IMG/VR virus record: IMGVR_UViG_3300020037_003306
Coordinates: 14,690 to 78,689 of that record
Reading direction: 5' to 3' (one strand)
Length of the DNA: 64,000 nt
Source: a virus
Lineage: Duplodnaviria; Caudoviricetes
The number at the start of each line of letters is the position of its first letter. The stretch's first letter is position 1. Both the position numbers and the translations under genes were made by a program. The notes under the pieces are model-generated. The model had not been told where the DNA came from, ran no database searches, and worked only from the letters and a program-made list of their open reading frames with translations. Below, one piece after another: positions 36,019 through 45,105 of the stretch.

Positions 36019-37494
36019 ATGTCCACTTATTTAGATGATGCTCGAATCGTTTATCATTCCAAATTTGACGGCAATGGTTTTACTAATGAAAACTCTCTTG
36101 CTAATCATTTGCTAACTCGTCCTGATGAAATTGACCCTGTTCTTACACATCTACTTGGACGTGAAGACCAACGGTTTCCTCTTTCTTTCCTTACTGAGGG
36201 TCAGTATGGTGGAAGTGTTGAGGTTTCTGATGTTGAATACTATTGGAATGTTATCAACAAATTGCGTAAAGTTGATTATGTTATTAGCAGCACTTACGGT
36301 GTTGGTGATAAACCTGGTCTTAACTTTCAACCTTTCTATGTTACTATGAAAAGTAACTGGCTTAAAAAAGACCATCTTGTTGAAAGCGAAGGTGGTGCTA
36401 AAGCCCGTGTTGCTGAAGACCCTGTTAGTAACGGTTTGTATTGGGTTTATACTATGCAAACGATGAGTTCTGATGCTGGTTATTTTGTTGCTCTTTCTGA
36501 GGTTGCTGCTGGTGCCAAATGGGGCATGGTTGGTGGCGCTCCTGTAACTCAATCTCGTTCTAGTGGAAATAGCTCGAATGTAGTCACTCCTGGTAAAATC
36601 AAAAATCAACTATCTCTGCTTCGTAAATCTTATGCTTTTGGTGGTAATATTGCGAACAGAACTGTTGAGTTTAAATTTAATTTGGGTAATGGTGCTTCTG
36701 ATTCTCTTTGGATGAATTGGGAACAATGGCAACATATGATTCAATGGAAAGAAGCTATTGAAGAACATTGTTGGTATTCTGAGTACAATCGTGATGACCA
36801 AGGAGTTGTGCATCAAAAAGATTTTGTTAACGGTGAACCTATCTACACTGGTGCAGGTTTGCTTGACCAAATCAGTAACCGTGATACATTTGCCGAGCTT
36901 ACTACTCGTAAATTGAAAAACATTGTACGTGATGTTTTGTTCGGTTCTACTGACGGTAAACAACGTAATATTGTATTGTACACTGGTACTGGCGGTCGTG
37001 ACGAATTTGACCAAGCTATGAAAAAAGAAGCTACTGCTCTTAGCTTTAACCAAGTTGATGGCGATAAATTCATTCGTGGTACTGGTAGTAATTTGATTCT
37101 TGGAGGTTATTTTGCCACGTATGAACACGTGGACGGTCATACTATCACGATTAAACATCTTCCTTTGTTAGATGACGGTGGTCGTGCTTTAGTATCTCGT
37201 AAACACCCTATCAGCCGTCTTCCTCTTACTTCTCATCATATGTATTTCGTTGACCAAAGTATCTACGATGGTAAACGTAATTTGACTATGGTGCATCAAA
37301 AAGGTCGTAGTATGGTAACTGGTATTGTTCGTGGTATGACTCCATTGCCTTCTAGTATGTCTTGGGCTGGTAACAATACCAATATCAATTTGGCTACTGA
37401 TATTGACATGGCTGAAACTCACTTTATGGCTAGTAAAGGTATTATGCTTAAACGTAATACTCATTGCTTCCGTCTTGAGTGTACTCTTGCCTAA
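36019..37494 (+). CDS. Major capsid protein (crAss-like)
   Basis: 491 aa; KIKNQLSLLRKSY, WKEAIEEHCWYSEYNRD, YTGAGLLDQI, YTGTGGRDEF, YEHVDGHTITIKHLPLLDD; strongly biased codon use; followed by a terminator. Confidence 0.9.
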   Translation: MSTYLDDARIVYHSKFDGNGFTNENSLANHLLTRPDEIDPVLTHLLGREDQRFPLSFLTEGQYGGSVEVSDVEYYWNVINKLRKVDYVISSTYGVGDKPGLNFQPFYVTMKSNWLKKDHLVESEGGAKARVAEDPVSNGLYWVYTMQTMSSDAGYFVALSEVAAGAKWGMVGGAPVTQSRSSGNSSNVVTPGKIKNQLSLLRKSYAFGGNIANRTVEFKFNLGNGASDSLWMNWEQWQHMIQWKEAIEEHCWYSEYNRDDQGVVHQKDFVNGEPIYTGAGLLDQISNRDTFAELTTRKLKNIVRDVLFGSTDGKQRNIVLYTGTGGRDEFDQAMKKEATALSFNQVDGDKFIRGTGSNLILGGYFATYEHVDGHTITIKHLPLLDDGGRALVSRKHPISRLPLTSHHMYFVDQSIYDGKRNLTMVHQKGRSMVTGIVRGMTPLPSSMSWAGNNTNINLATDIDMAETHFMASKGIMLKRNTHCFRLECTLA

Positions 37495-37524
37495 TTAACT
37501 ATTCTTCTTTTTTATAAAATTACG

Positions 37525-37556
37525 ATAGGGCGTGCAAGTTCTCTTGCACGTCCTAT
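37525..37556 (+). terminator. Terminator after MCP
   Basis: ATAGGGCGTGCAAG-TTCT-CTTGCACGTCCTAT, 14-bp stem with one G-U. Confidence 0.7.
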
Positions 37557-37572
37557 TATAAAATTAATTACA

Positions 37573-38739
37573 ATGATTTTTGACAATAGAGTTTGTAAAG
37601 TGTTTGTTAAGAAGTCTGCAAATAGAACTGCAAGATTAGGTACAAATGCGACCATGGATATGGTTTATGGTATTAATAGAATTGGCGGAGCGTTACGGAA
37701 TAACGATGTACTTCGTGGTCTGAATTTTGAAGAAGAGAAAATTTTGCTTGCTGATATTATCGGTATTTCTCCTTCAAGTCCTGATTGGAAAGCTGCTACC
37801 CGTGAGTATTGGTTGAATATTACTGTTGAAGTTGATGTTCAAGATACCGAAAATCGTGGCGGTTTAACTTTGGAAACGGGATTCATGTATCCTGATGAAG
37901 CGTCTGCTAAAATCGGTAGAGCTGAAGAACAAAAAGAACTTGGGTTGTTCAATAGAGCTCTTGATGCGAATAAAGAATACAATATGATTTTTGATAACCG
38001 TTTGAAATATGGTTTTCCTATCAATACTATTGATTTTATTCAATACCGTTTTATTCTTCAACATCCTATTGTTGCAAATCGTGTTGACGACTTGCATAAA
38101 AGCCCAAAGATTGAATACTATATTCACTCTCAAGATGTTGAAAATAAAATCAAACATGAAAGTCTTTCTTACCGTAGAAAAGCGTACCAAATTTTCAATA
38201 CGCTTACTGACGATAAAGTTAAAACTCGTTATATGTTGCTTTTGCTTCAACGTGATATTGAAAACATTGGTCGTGCTGAGAAGTTTACTTTTGACCTTTC
38301 TAATGAAATGGGACAAGAACTTGCTTTAGAGAAACTTGCAACTAGTGTTCCAGGTCGTTTTATTGCCGTTTATGAAGATGAGAATCTTGTTGAAAAAGCA
38401 TTTATCGAAGAGTGTATTAAACATAAATTTTTGAAACGTATTGCTAATACCGATACTATCAAATACGGTGAGAATACTCTATTAGGTTACAGTCTTGACG
38501 ACGCTATTACTTATATTCGTGACCCGAGAAATAGTGTTCTCCGTCAAGAACTTGAAGCCAAGGTTACAAATTGGGAACCTCTTCAAAGAATTGTAGATGT
38601 TGAAAATGAAGACGAAGAAATTGAATTGCCTGTGACAAAAGTTACTGAAACTGAAACGCTTGAAACTGGTTCAAGTGTGGAAGGTACTAAAACCACTTTG
38701 ACTTCTCCTAATAAAGAGAAAGTTGTTACTAAAAAATAA
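37573..38739 (+). CDS. Conserved crAss-like protein downstream of MCP
   Basis: 388 aa; LRGLNFEEEKILLADIIGISPSSPDW...REYWLNITVEV, PINTIDFIQYRF, HPIVAN. Confidence 0.65.
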   Translation: MIFDNRVCKVFVKKSANRTARLGTNATMDMVYGINRIGGALRNNDVLRGLNFEEEKILLADIIGISPSSPDWKAATREYWLNITVEVDVQDTENRGGLTLETGFMYPDEASAKIGRAEEQKELGLFNRALDANKEYNMIFDNRLKYGFPINTIDFIQYRFILQHPIVANRVDDLHKSPKIEYYIHSQDVENKIKHESLSYRRKAYQIFNTLTDDKVKTRYMLLLLQRDIENIGRAEKFTFDLSNEMGQELALEKLATSVPGRFIAVYEDENLVEKAFIEECIKHKFLKRIANTDTIKYGENTLLGYSLDDAITYIRDPRNSVLRQELEAKVTNWEPLQRIVDVENEDEEIELPVTKVTETETLETGSSVEGTKTTLTSPNKEKVVTKK

Positions 38740-38751
38740 ATTTAAAGAAGT

Positions 38752-39834
38752 ATGCTAGTACAGGAAATGCACATTGATTTTGATGTTAAAGTACAGAAAG
38801 TCAATAGTAATAATACTGACACCTTTCTTAAAGAAGAAAAAGATTGGCTTTTGAATTTAAGTCAATATCGACTACTTCGCAAGTTTGGTAGTAGAAAAAC
38901 AAATCGTCGTAATGAAGGGGGTGAAGATTCCTTTACACGTTATGCTGATTTTGAAAAACTTATTACTAGAGCGCAAATACCTATGTATATTAATACAGGT
39001 GCAGATTATGTTACTGGCGTACTTCCTTATAATTTTTTTGATTTTCGTGAAGCTAGAGCTAAAGTTTCGTATAATTGTAATGGTATTACGCCGAATATTA
39101 GTACAGTTAACCGTAATCATTTTTATGTACCATTTGTCGATAGTGCTAATACTCCTACAAAATTTGTCGGTTATACGATAAAACTTGTGCGTAATTTTTT
39201 GACTTTACCTACTTATGAAAATATTTTTGTACTTTCTGATTATCAATTAAATTTCAATATACCTATTTCTAGTAATGAACAAAAGTTTATGATTGTTAAT
39301 CATGTACTGGAAATTGTTAATAGACGTAGTGATATTGAAGTTAGATGGGAAAATTATGGAAGTATATACAAACCAAATAACTTTATCTTTATTAGTAAAG
39401 ACGCTACTGTCGAAGCAATTCGCATAACTTCTGATTCCGCTAATACAGACACTCCTCGAACTATTATCGCCAGTACTACTAATCTTGATGTTGTAAATAC
39501 AATTCAAAAAACAAGTGCTTGTCGTTTAACTGAAAATGAGGCTTTATTTGACCTATTGCAACATTCTTTTGGGCGTAGTATTTATACAAGCCCTATTATA
39601 ACGTTGTCTAATGGACAAATAAATGCTTACAATAGTGCTAAGTTTATAGTATCTAACTTGGAACTTGACTATATACGGAAACCTAGAAAGATTAATTTAA
39701 GTTTAAATCAATCTTGTGAACTAGCTGAAAGTCGTCATGAACTTGTTGTAGATGGTGCTGTTCAGCTTGCCACTGCTTATACTAATACGGAAACGTATAA
39801 AAATATTATTAACGAAAACATTTTAAACGAGTAA
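38752..39834 (+). CDS. Tail ring / head-tail adaptor protein with large insertion
   Basis: MLVQEMHIDFDVKVQKV...EKDWLLN at the N-terminus and LDYIRKPRKI...CELAESRHELVVDGAVQ at the C-terminus are typical of crAss ring proteins. Confidence 0.7.
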   Translation: MLVQEMHIDFDVKVQKVNSNNTDTFLKEEKDWLLNLSQYRLLRKFGSRKTNRRNEGGEDSFTRYADFEKLITRAQIPMYINTGADYVTGVLPYNFFDFREARAKVSYNCNGITPNISTVNRNHFYVPFVDSANTPTKFVGYTIKLVRNFLTLPTYENIFVLSDYQLNFNIPISSNEQKFMIVNHVLEIVNRRSDIEVRWENYGSIYKPNNFIFISKDATVEAIRITSDSANTDTPRTIIASTTNLDVVNTIQKTSACRLTENEALFDLLQHSFGRSIYTSPIITLSNGQINAYNSAKFIVSNLELDYIRKPRKINLSLNQSCELAESRHELVVDGAVQLATAYTNTETYKNIINENILNE

Positions 39835-39838
39835 AATT

Positions 39839-40816
39839 ATGAAAGAAATTGTAATTGCTAAAGCGGTAACTTATTCTGCTAAAGTTGGAGGTGGTACTAT
39901 ATCTGGTTACAATGAAGTAAATTTGTTGCTTCCTGGTGCAGTTGCTATTTTCACTGAAGATGAAGTATTGATAACTACTGCTACTTTACCTGCGGCTATC
40001 GCAAATGTAAAACAATTCTATATTGCTGTTGGGCAAACTGATAAAAACGGTTCTAACCGTTCTTATGTTTCTCAACTTGTAGATAGAAGTGCTTTTCATC
40101 GTAGCTTCTGTGCTTACGTCGCTCCTGTTAATCAAGCTATTTATGTTGGTTATAATGGTTCTGCTGGAACTTTGAATTTACCTGGTACTTTGATTCCTGG
40201 TACTATTGCATCTATGTCTGTTGGCGTTGAAAAAGAAGGTGTTGAAACTCACGTTATGTGGAGTTCTTATCAACATATGGTTACATCTGTTGATACTGAT
40301 ACTACAATTGTAACAGACTTGGTTGCACAAATCAATGCTGATACACGTCCTTGGGCTAAATGGACTGCCGCTGTTATCGGCGCATCTCCTAATCTTGGTA
40401 TCAGTATTACTTCTACTGAAAATGGTCAAACATTGCTTTCTTCTGTTGATGAATTATTGCAATACGCTACTAGAGGCGTTTTGACTCCTATTGTTTACGG
40501 AAAAGGTACACCTGCGCAAATTGCCGCTGAAGAACTTGAAACTTCTTCTCAAGACGGTAATACTAACCGTGTATTGTATCCTGCTCAATTTTACAGCAAG
40601 CCTAGCCAAGTTGATACGGCTGCTCAATACGCTACTTACACTTTCGAGTGGGAGCAAGAGCGCAGACAAAATCACAATGCTAAAGCTGGATTTATTAAAA
40701 AGCTTACAGTCGCTGTTCCTGCTGGAACTCAACTTACCGCTTTGACTACAATCTTTACTACTATTCTATTGCAAGCTCCTAATCAGGGTAATGGTGGTAG
40801 TAGTTCTCTTGTTTAA
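39839..40816 (+). CDS. Abundant virion protein (auxiliary capsid / tail tube-like)
   Basis: 325 aa, biased codon use, followed by its own terminator; YGKGTPAQI...YATYTFEW motif. Confidence 0.55.
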   Translation: MKEIVIAKAVTYSAKVGGGTISGYNEVNLLLPGAVAIFTEDEVLITTATLPAAIANVKQFYIAVGQTDKNGSNRSYVSQLVDRSAFHRSFCAYVAPVNQAIYVGYNGSAGTLNLPGTLIPGTIASMSVGVEKEGVETHVMWSSYQHMVTSVDTDTTIVTDLVAQINADTRPWAKWTAAVIGASPNLGISITSTENGQTLLSSVDELLQYATRGVLTPIVYGKGTPAQIAAEELETSSQDGNTNRVLYPAQFYSKPSQVDTAAQYATYTFEWEQERRQNHNAKAGFIKKLTVAVPAGTQLTALTTIFTTILLQAPNQGNGGSSSLV

Positions 40817-40850
40817 GCTGCTGCTAATTTTGTAAATATTTTTCTTGAAC

Positions 40851-40880
40851 AAGGTAAGGCTATTCGTAGCCTTACCTTTT
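40851..40880 (+). terminator. Intrinsic terminator
   Basis: AAGGTAAGGCTA-TTCG-TAGCCTTACCTT, perfect 12-bp stem plus T run. Confidence 0.8.
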
Positions 40881-40895
40881 AATGTAATTATAAAA

Positions 40896-42791
40896 ATGAA
40901 ACTAAGATTCAATATAAAACAACTAGCTTATAATTACATTGAAGATAATCTTTGTGATGGGACACTATCTAACAATTATACAAATCTTCGTGCTAGTATT
41001 TACGTTGACGACCAATTAGTTGCAAGTTCAAATAATCTTGCTCTTGGTTTTTTATTTGGAGCATTACCTATTACGACTACTCTTAATGGAATTGTTATTA
41101 GTGCTATTGCAATAGAAAATTCTATTTATTGTGCTTTTACAATTGACCTTCCTCTTATTCAAGATAAAGCTAAAGTACGTGTTGTATTTGAAAAAACTGG
41201 CTTTAATACTCTTGATAGAACTTTCTTTGTATACGGTTATGATTTAGGTATTAATCCTAATGTTGCTATTACATTAACTAATCCCAAAGTTGAATTTATT
41301 CTTTCTCCTACTTTAAGAGGTGCTACTTTTGCTACTGGTACTAGAGTTACTGGTATTGGACAATCCTTCACTGTTACTGCCGATAATCTTGGTACAATTG
41401 GTAATGCTTTTGTTATTAACTTTAATGGAGTTGATGATACGCAAACATTGATTAATAATTGGAATGTTGCTAATCCAACAAATACGGTATCCGCTGTTGA
41501 TACGGGCGGAGGATTAGCTTTTGTTATTGGAGCAGGTTCATTCACTATTGCAGGTGGAACTGATGAAGTTATTGACGACAAAACTTATGCAAGTTTTCAC
41601 GGTTGGAGAATACCTTATCGTAATGACCTTTTTCTTTATCATAATAATTCCGCTTTATACACTCGAATTGAATATTCAAATGCTGATGAAATTGTTGCTA
41701 GATTTCTCGATGCTATTTTATGCTGTAAAGGAGAAGATTTTAAACAGACAGCTGTTATATATGGACATAGCGATTGTGGTTGTGGTTCTACTCAACTGCT
41801 TGATACTTGTGAAACTGATTTTCAAAATTATCCAAGTAAAAGATTTATTCCTAATTTAGATTTTCATGTTTCTTGTGATGCAAATTGCTGTACAGATGAC
41901 TGTGTAATTTTAGGACAAGATAATGTTATCAAACCTTTAGTTGATTTTAATGTAGTTGATTTAGCTAATATTGACGATGTGTTAGATGTTCCGTTTGAAG
42001 AAATGGAAATGATTGCTGAAATATTTAATTGTGAAGGTACGTTAATTGATACTCAAGCAGTAACTATTCCTATTGCAATTCCTGTTGATGTAACTGCAAT
42101 TGAATTATCTTTTACTCCTCCTGCTCAAGGGGATTACCTAGTAAAAGTAACTTATCTTGTTGAAGGAGCTTTTCAATGTACTTACACTAAAGTAGTTAAA
42201 GTTTGTAATCCTTATACAATTAAAAAGCTTGATTGTGGTAAGTATCAAGCTTGTATTTACAAGATTGCAGAAACTCCTACAAGTGAAGTACTATATATTC
42301 AAAAGCTGAATGATGATAAAATATTCGTTCCTTTTGTTGATTATGAAATTGATTATTGTACTTGTAAAGAGATTGTACTAACTGAAGATGGTATTTATAA
42401 TTTCCAATTTCAGAATGGCGAAGAGAATAGTAATATGATTGTGATTGTAGATTGTAATTGGAAAGCTTGTATGCTTGAATATATTAAGAAATTCGCCTGT
42501 ACTAAAGTTGCTGCATGTTCTTGCGGAGGAAATTGTACGAATAATTGTACATCTGTTCCTCACGATATGTACGACTTTAATGCTTTTAGTGTACTTAGTT
42601 GGGCTTACGGTTCTCTTATTAATACTGAATATCTAAATAATTATATTTATGCAGTACTAGAGCCTAATAAACTTGATGAGCTTTTTGTACTTAGTACATT
42701 TTTAAATCGTGCAAAAGAGTATTGCGCTAAATGTGCAACTGCTACTACTGGTTCATCTTCATCATCAGGCTGCGGCTGTAAAAAAGTATAA
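40896..42791 (+). CDS. Cysteine-rich virion structural protein
   Basis: Start at ATG 40896 (MKLRFNI), after the terminator; 631 aa with 29 Cys (hand count), ends SGCGCKKV. Confidence 0.6.
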   Translation: MKLRFNIKQLAYNYIEDNLCDGTLSNNYTNLRASIYVDDQLVASSNNLALGFLFGALPITTTLNGIVISAIAIENSIYCAFTIDLPLIQDKAKVRVVFEKTGFNTLDRTFFVYGYDLGINPNVAITLTNPKVEFILSPTLRGATFATGTRVTGIGQSFTVTADNLGTIGNAFVINFNGVDDTQTLINNWNVANPTNTVSAVDTGGGLAFVIGAGSFTIAGGTDEVIDDKTYASFHGWRIPYRNDLFLYHNNSALYTRIEYSNADEIVARFLDAILCCKGEDFKQTAVIYGHSDCGCGSTQLLDTCETDFQNYPSKRFIPNLDFHVSCDANCCTDDCVILGQDNVIKPLVDFNVVDLANIDDVLDVPFEEMEMIAEIFNCEGTLIDTQAVTIPIAIPVDVTAIELSFTPPAQGDYLVKVTYLVEGAFQCTYTKVVKVCNPYTIKKLDCGKYQACIYKIAETPTSEVLYIQKLNDDKIFVPFVDYEIDYCTCKEIVLTEDGIYNFQFQNGEENSNMIVIVDCNWKACMLEYIKKFACTKVAACSCGGNCTNNCTSVPHDMYDFNAFSVLSWAYGSLINTEYLNNYIYAVLEPNKLDELFVLSTFLNRAKEYCAKCATATTGSSSSSGCGCKKV

Positions 42792-42793
42792 TA

Positions 42794-43297
42794 ATGTTAG
42801 TAATAACTTGTAATCCAAATGTTACTCCTCTTGTTAAAGTGTATGATGCAATGTTTCTTTATTATAGAGATACTATTGTTTCTTATGCTTTGAAGCAATG
42901 GAAAGAAGAGGATATTAAAGGTGAAAGTTGTTTACAGCTTCATCAATTAAAACATTTTCTCGCTTTTGCTTATGTTCTTCTTTTATCTGTTGAAGAACAA
43001 GAAGGTTTATTAACAGATAACGCTTTGATTGAGAAATATGATATTGAGCATATTAAAAAATGTTTTGCTTGTTCTGAAATAAGTATTGAGAAACTTTTTG
43101 AAATAGCTGAGATTAATTTAGTAGCTAGTACTAATTGTCCTGGTATCAATACTCATGGAGTTGAACATAATTGGGGAATTGGACAAATGCTTTGTTTGGA
43201 AAATCCTGAAGTCCCTACACTTCCCGCTTATACTATAATTCAAAATCTTCTTGCGGAAAATAATGTAAAAACTATTCTTGTACCTGCTAATTGTTAA
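42794..43297 (+). CDS. Virion structural protein (helical, Cys-containing)
   Basis: 167 aa, 7 Cys; structural gene block. Confidence 0.5.
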   Translation: MLVITCNPNVTPLVKVYDAMFLYYRDTIVSYALKQWKEEDIKGESCLQLHQLKHFLAFAYVLLLSVEEQEGLLTDNALIEKYDIEHIKKCFACSEISIEKLFEIAEINLVASTNCPGINTHGVEHNWGIGQMLCLENPEVPTLPAYTIIQNLLAENNVKTILVPANC

Positions 43298-43303
43298 AAT
43301 AAT

Positions 43304-44401
43304 ATGCCACTTAATGCTGAATATAAAGAGTTCTTCGTTCGCCAAAATACAGTTGTTACAGGCGGAGTGCCAGACCAAGAAGCATCTTTTCCTACTAAAG
43401 AACTTGTCCTCAAACCTGATGGTACAACTTCATTAGAGTATAATCGTTTTCTTAAAGGTCATTTTCCTAGTGAAAAAGTTTATAAAAAATTTATGAACTC
43501 TATTACTTTTAAATTGAATCATGAAGATACTGCTTCTCGTGATGTACAAGGACTTGTAAGAATTGCAATTGGAAAGAATATTGTCGATGGTGTCGATTTT
43601 GATAGAGATATTATCAATGGATTTAATCGTGATTTTACTACTGTTGTTGTACCTAGTACATTACCAATTGTAAGTGCTGGGGCTAATGTTACGGTTACAG
43701 CTCGTATTCGCAAAGTAAGTGATGATAGTATTGTTCTTACAATTCTCGCTGGAGATAGAGAATTGTATTATCTTGATTACGAAGTTGCTGCAAATTCCGG
43801 TAGTAATCTAGTTGAACCTTTCAGAATTAAATTAGTAAAAGGTGATACCCTTGCTGTTGATGCTAATGATGCAAGTATGTTAGTTATTGGTTCGCATCTT
43901 ATTCCAGCTAATACGCTTGTGGATGAAAATGATAGTCTTGCGTATGAACTTATTTGGAGCAATTCAAGTGCTGTTGTAAACAGTAAACAACTTGTAGTGT
44001 ATTTAGGTAATAGTAATAATATTACAAATTGTGAGAAAATTATTGATTATAATGTACAAGCTGCTGAATTAGACGCTTCTCAGCATATTATTAGTGTAGA
44101 TTTATCTATTACTAAAAATACTAATCTCGGGTGTTTTCTTATCGCTAAGTTTAGAGCTTATTTAGATAATCTAATCGGGTTTGTAACTGATGGTATTAAT
44201 TCGTTTCAAGCTGGTTTTATTCATAGTAAAATTGCTGAACCTAGAGCTGATACCGCTCAATTAGTTATGGCTAATCTAGCTGCTAGTACAAAATTAGATT
44301 GGACATTACCTGTTTATGTTCACTTTAGATATAAAGCTGTTGCTATAAATGAAGGGGCAGCTAGATTTAATATAATTGGAAAAGCACTTATCATTCAATA
44401 A
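43304..44401 (+). CDS. Putative tail fibre/hub-associated protein
   Basis: 365 aa, beta-rich C-terminal domain; structural block. Confidence 0.45.
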   Translation: MPLNAEYKEFFVRQNTVVTGGVPDQEASFPTKELVLKPDGTTSLEYNRFLKGHFPSEKVYKKFMNSITFKLNHEDTASRDVQGLVRIAIGKNIVDGVDFDRDIINGFNRDFTTVVVPSTLPIVSAGANVTVTARIRKVSDDSIVLTILAGDRELYYLDYEVAANSGSNLVEPFRIKLVKGDTLAVDANDASMLVIGSHLIPANTLVDENDSLAYELIWSNSSAVVNSKQLVVYLGNSNNITNCEKIIDYNVQAAELDASQHIISVDLSITKNTNLGCFLIAKFRAYLDNLIGFVTDGINSFQAGFIHSKIAEPRADTAQLVMANLAASTKLDWTLPVYVHFRYKAVAINEGAARFNIIGKALIIQ

Positions 44402-44413
44402 ACTTATATAAAA

Positions 44414-45103
44414 ATGTCTGAATTAAATACTGCACTTGTTACTGGGCTATCAGCTCTCGTTATTGCTATCATTGGATTTGTAATAGCTGTTATTAGAAAT
44501 GAAGGATTAAAAATTACTATTGTTCAACGTCTTATAATGGGAATTAGAGATAAGAATATTGTTAGTATTTCAGACCTTCATCGTCATGATATTCTTCTTA
44601 AAATTAAAGGTATTCTCTCAAGCGGAGAACATGAATGTACTAATGTTATTACACAACAAGAAAAGAAATATCTTTTTAAAAGGTATCTTGAAATTATTTG
44701 TACTGTATATCAAGAAAGTATTGAAGCTATGCTTAGTAAAGAATTTGCTTCTTTTGAAGAATCTGATTTGAAAATACTCATTGTCGAACAAACAGGTTGG
44801 CGTAGAAAAGAAATATCTAAAAGACTTGAAGCACTGCTATTAACTATTAATCATGATAGAAATAAAGCTGTCAATATAGTTGATAAATTAGAACAATGGC
44901 GTACTCAAGAATGTAAGATGATTTACAATAATGTTCTTAATACAATTTCAAGTGGACGTTTTATTTCTGTTGAGTATAAACTTGATATTGTACTTTATCA
45001 ATACGCTCTTGGTTTAGATTTTATTCTAAATAATGGTGCAAATTCTTTTGAAAAACTTAATGGTGAATTAAGTGATTTTTTGAATAATAATAAAACTGTA
45101 TAG
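44414..45103 (+). CDS. Single-TM membrane protein (possible holin-like)
   Basis: N-terminal TM ALVTGLSALVIAIIGFVIAVI followed by a helical cytoplasmic domain. Confidence 0.45.
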   Translation: MSELNTALVTGLSALVIAIIGFVIAVIRNEGLKITIVQRLIMGIRDKNIVSISDLHRHDILLKIKGILSSGEHECTNVITQQEKKYLFKRYLEIICTVYQESIEAMLSKEFASFEESDLKILIVEQTGWRRKEISKRLEALLLTINHDRNKAVNIVDKLEQWRTQECKMIYNNVLNTISSGRFISVEYKLDIVLYQYALGLDFILNNGANSFEKLNGELSDFLNNNKTV

Positions 45104-45105
45104 TT

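Noticed and set aside
34775-37464. Long antisense ORFs opposite the scaffold and MCP genes (e.g. 34775..35185, 36151..36609, 36610..37158), also 62963..63346
   Set aside because: Shadow frames expected from strong codon bias of the sense genes; F/S/I-rich, with no motifs.
6050-37494. Inteins, group I introns or homing endonucleases in polA, helicases, terL or MCP
   Set aside because: No C/S...HN intein ends, no LAGLIDADG or HNH motifs, no frame breaks; lengths are ordinary for crAss-like homologs.
8687-40895. Longer ORF-track starts (8767, 9356, 10167, 17994, 22556, 23304, 29921, 40845)
   Set aside because: They extend into upstream genes, terminators or regulatory motifs; downstream ATGs with A-rich context fit better.
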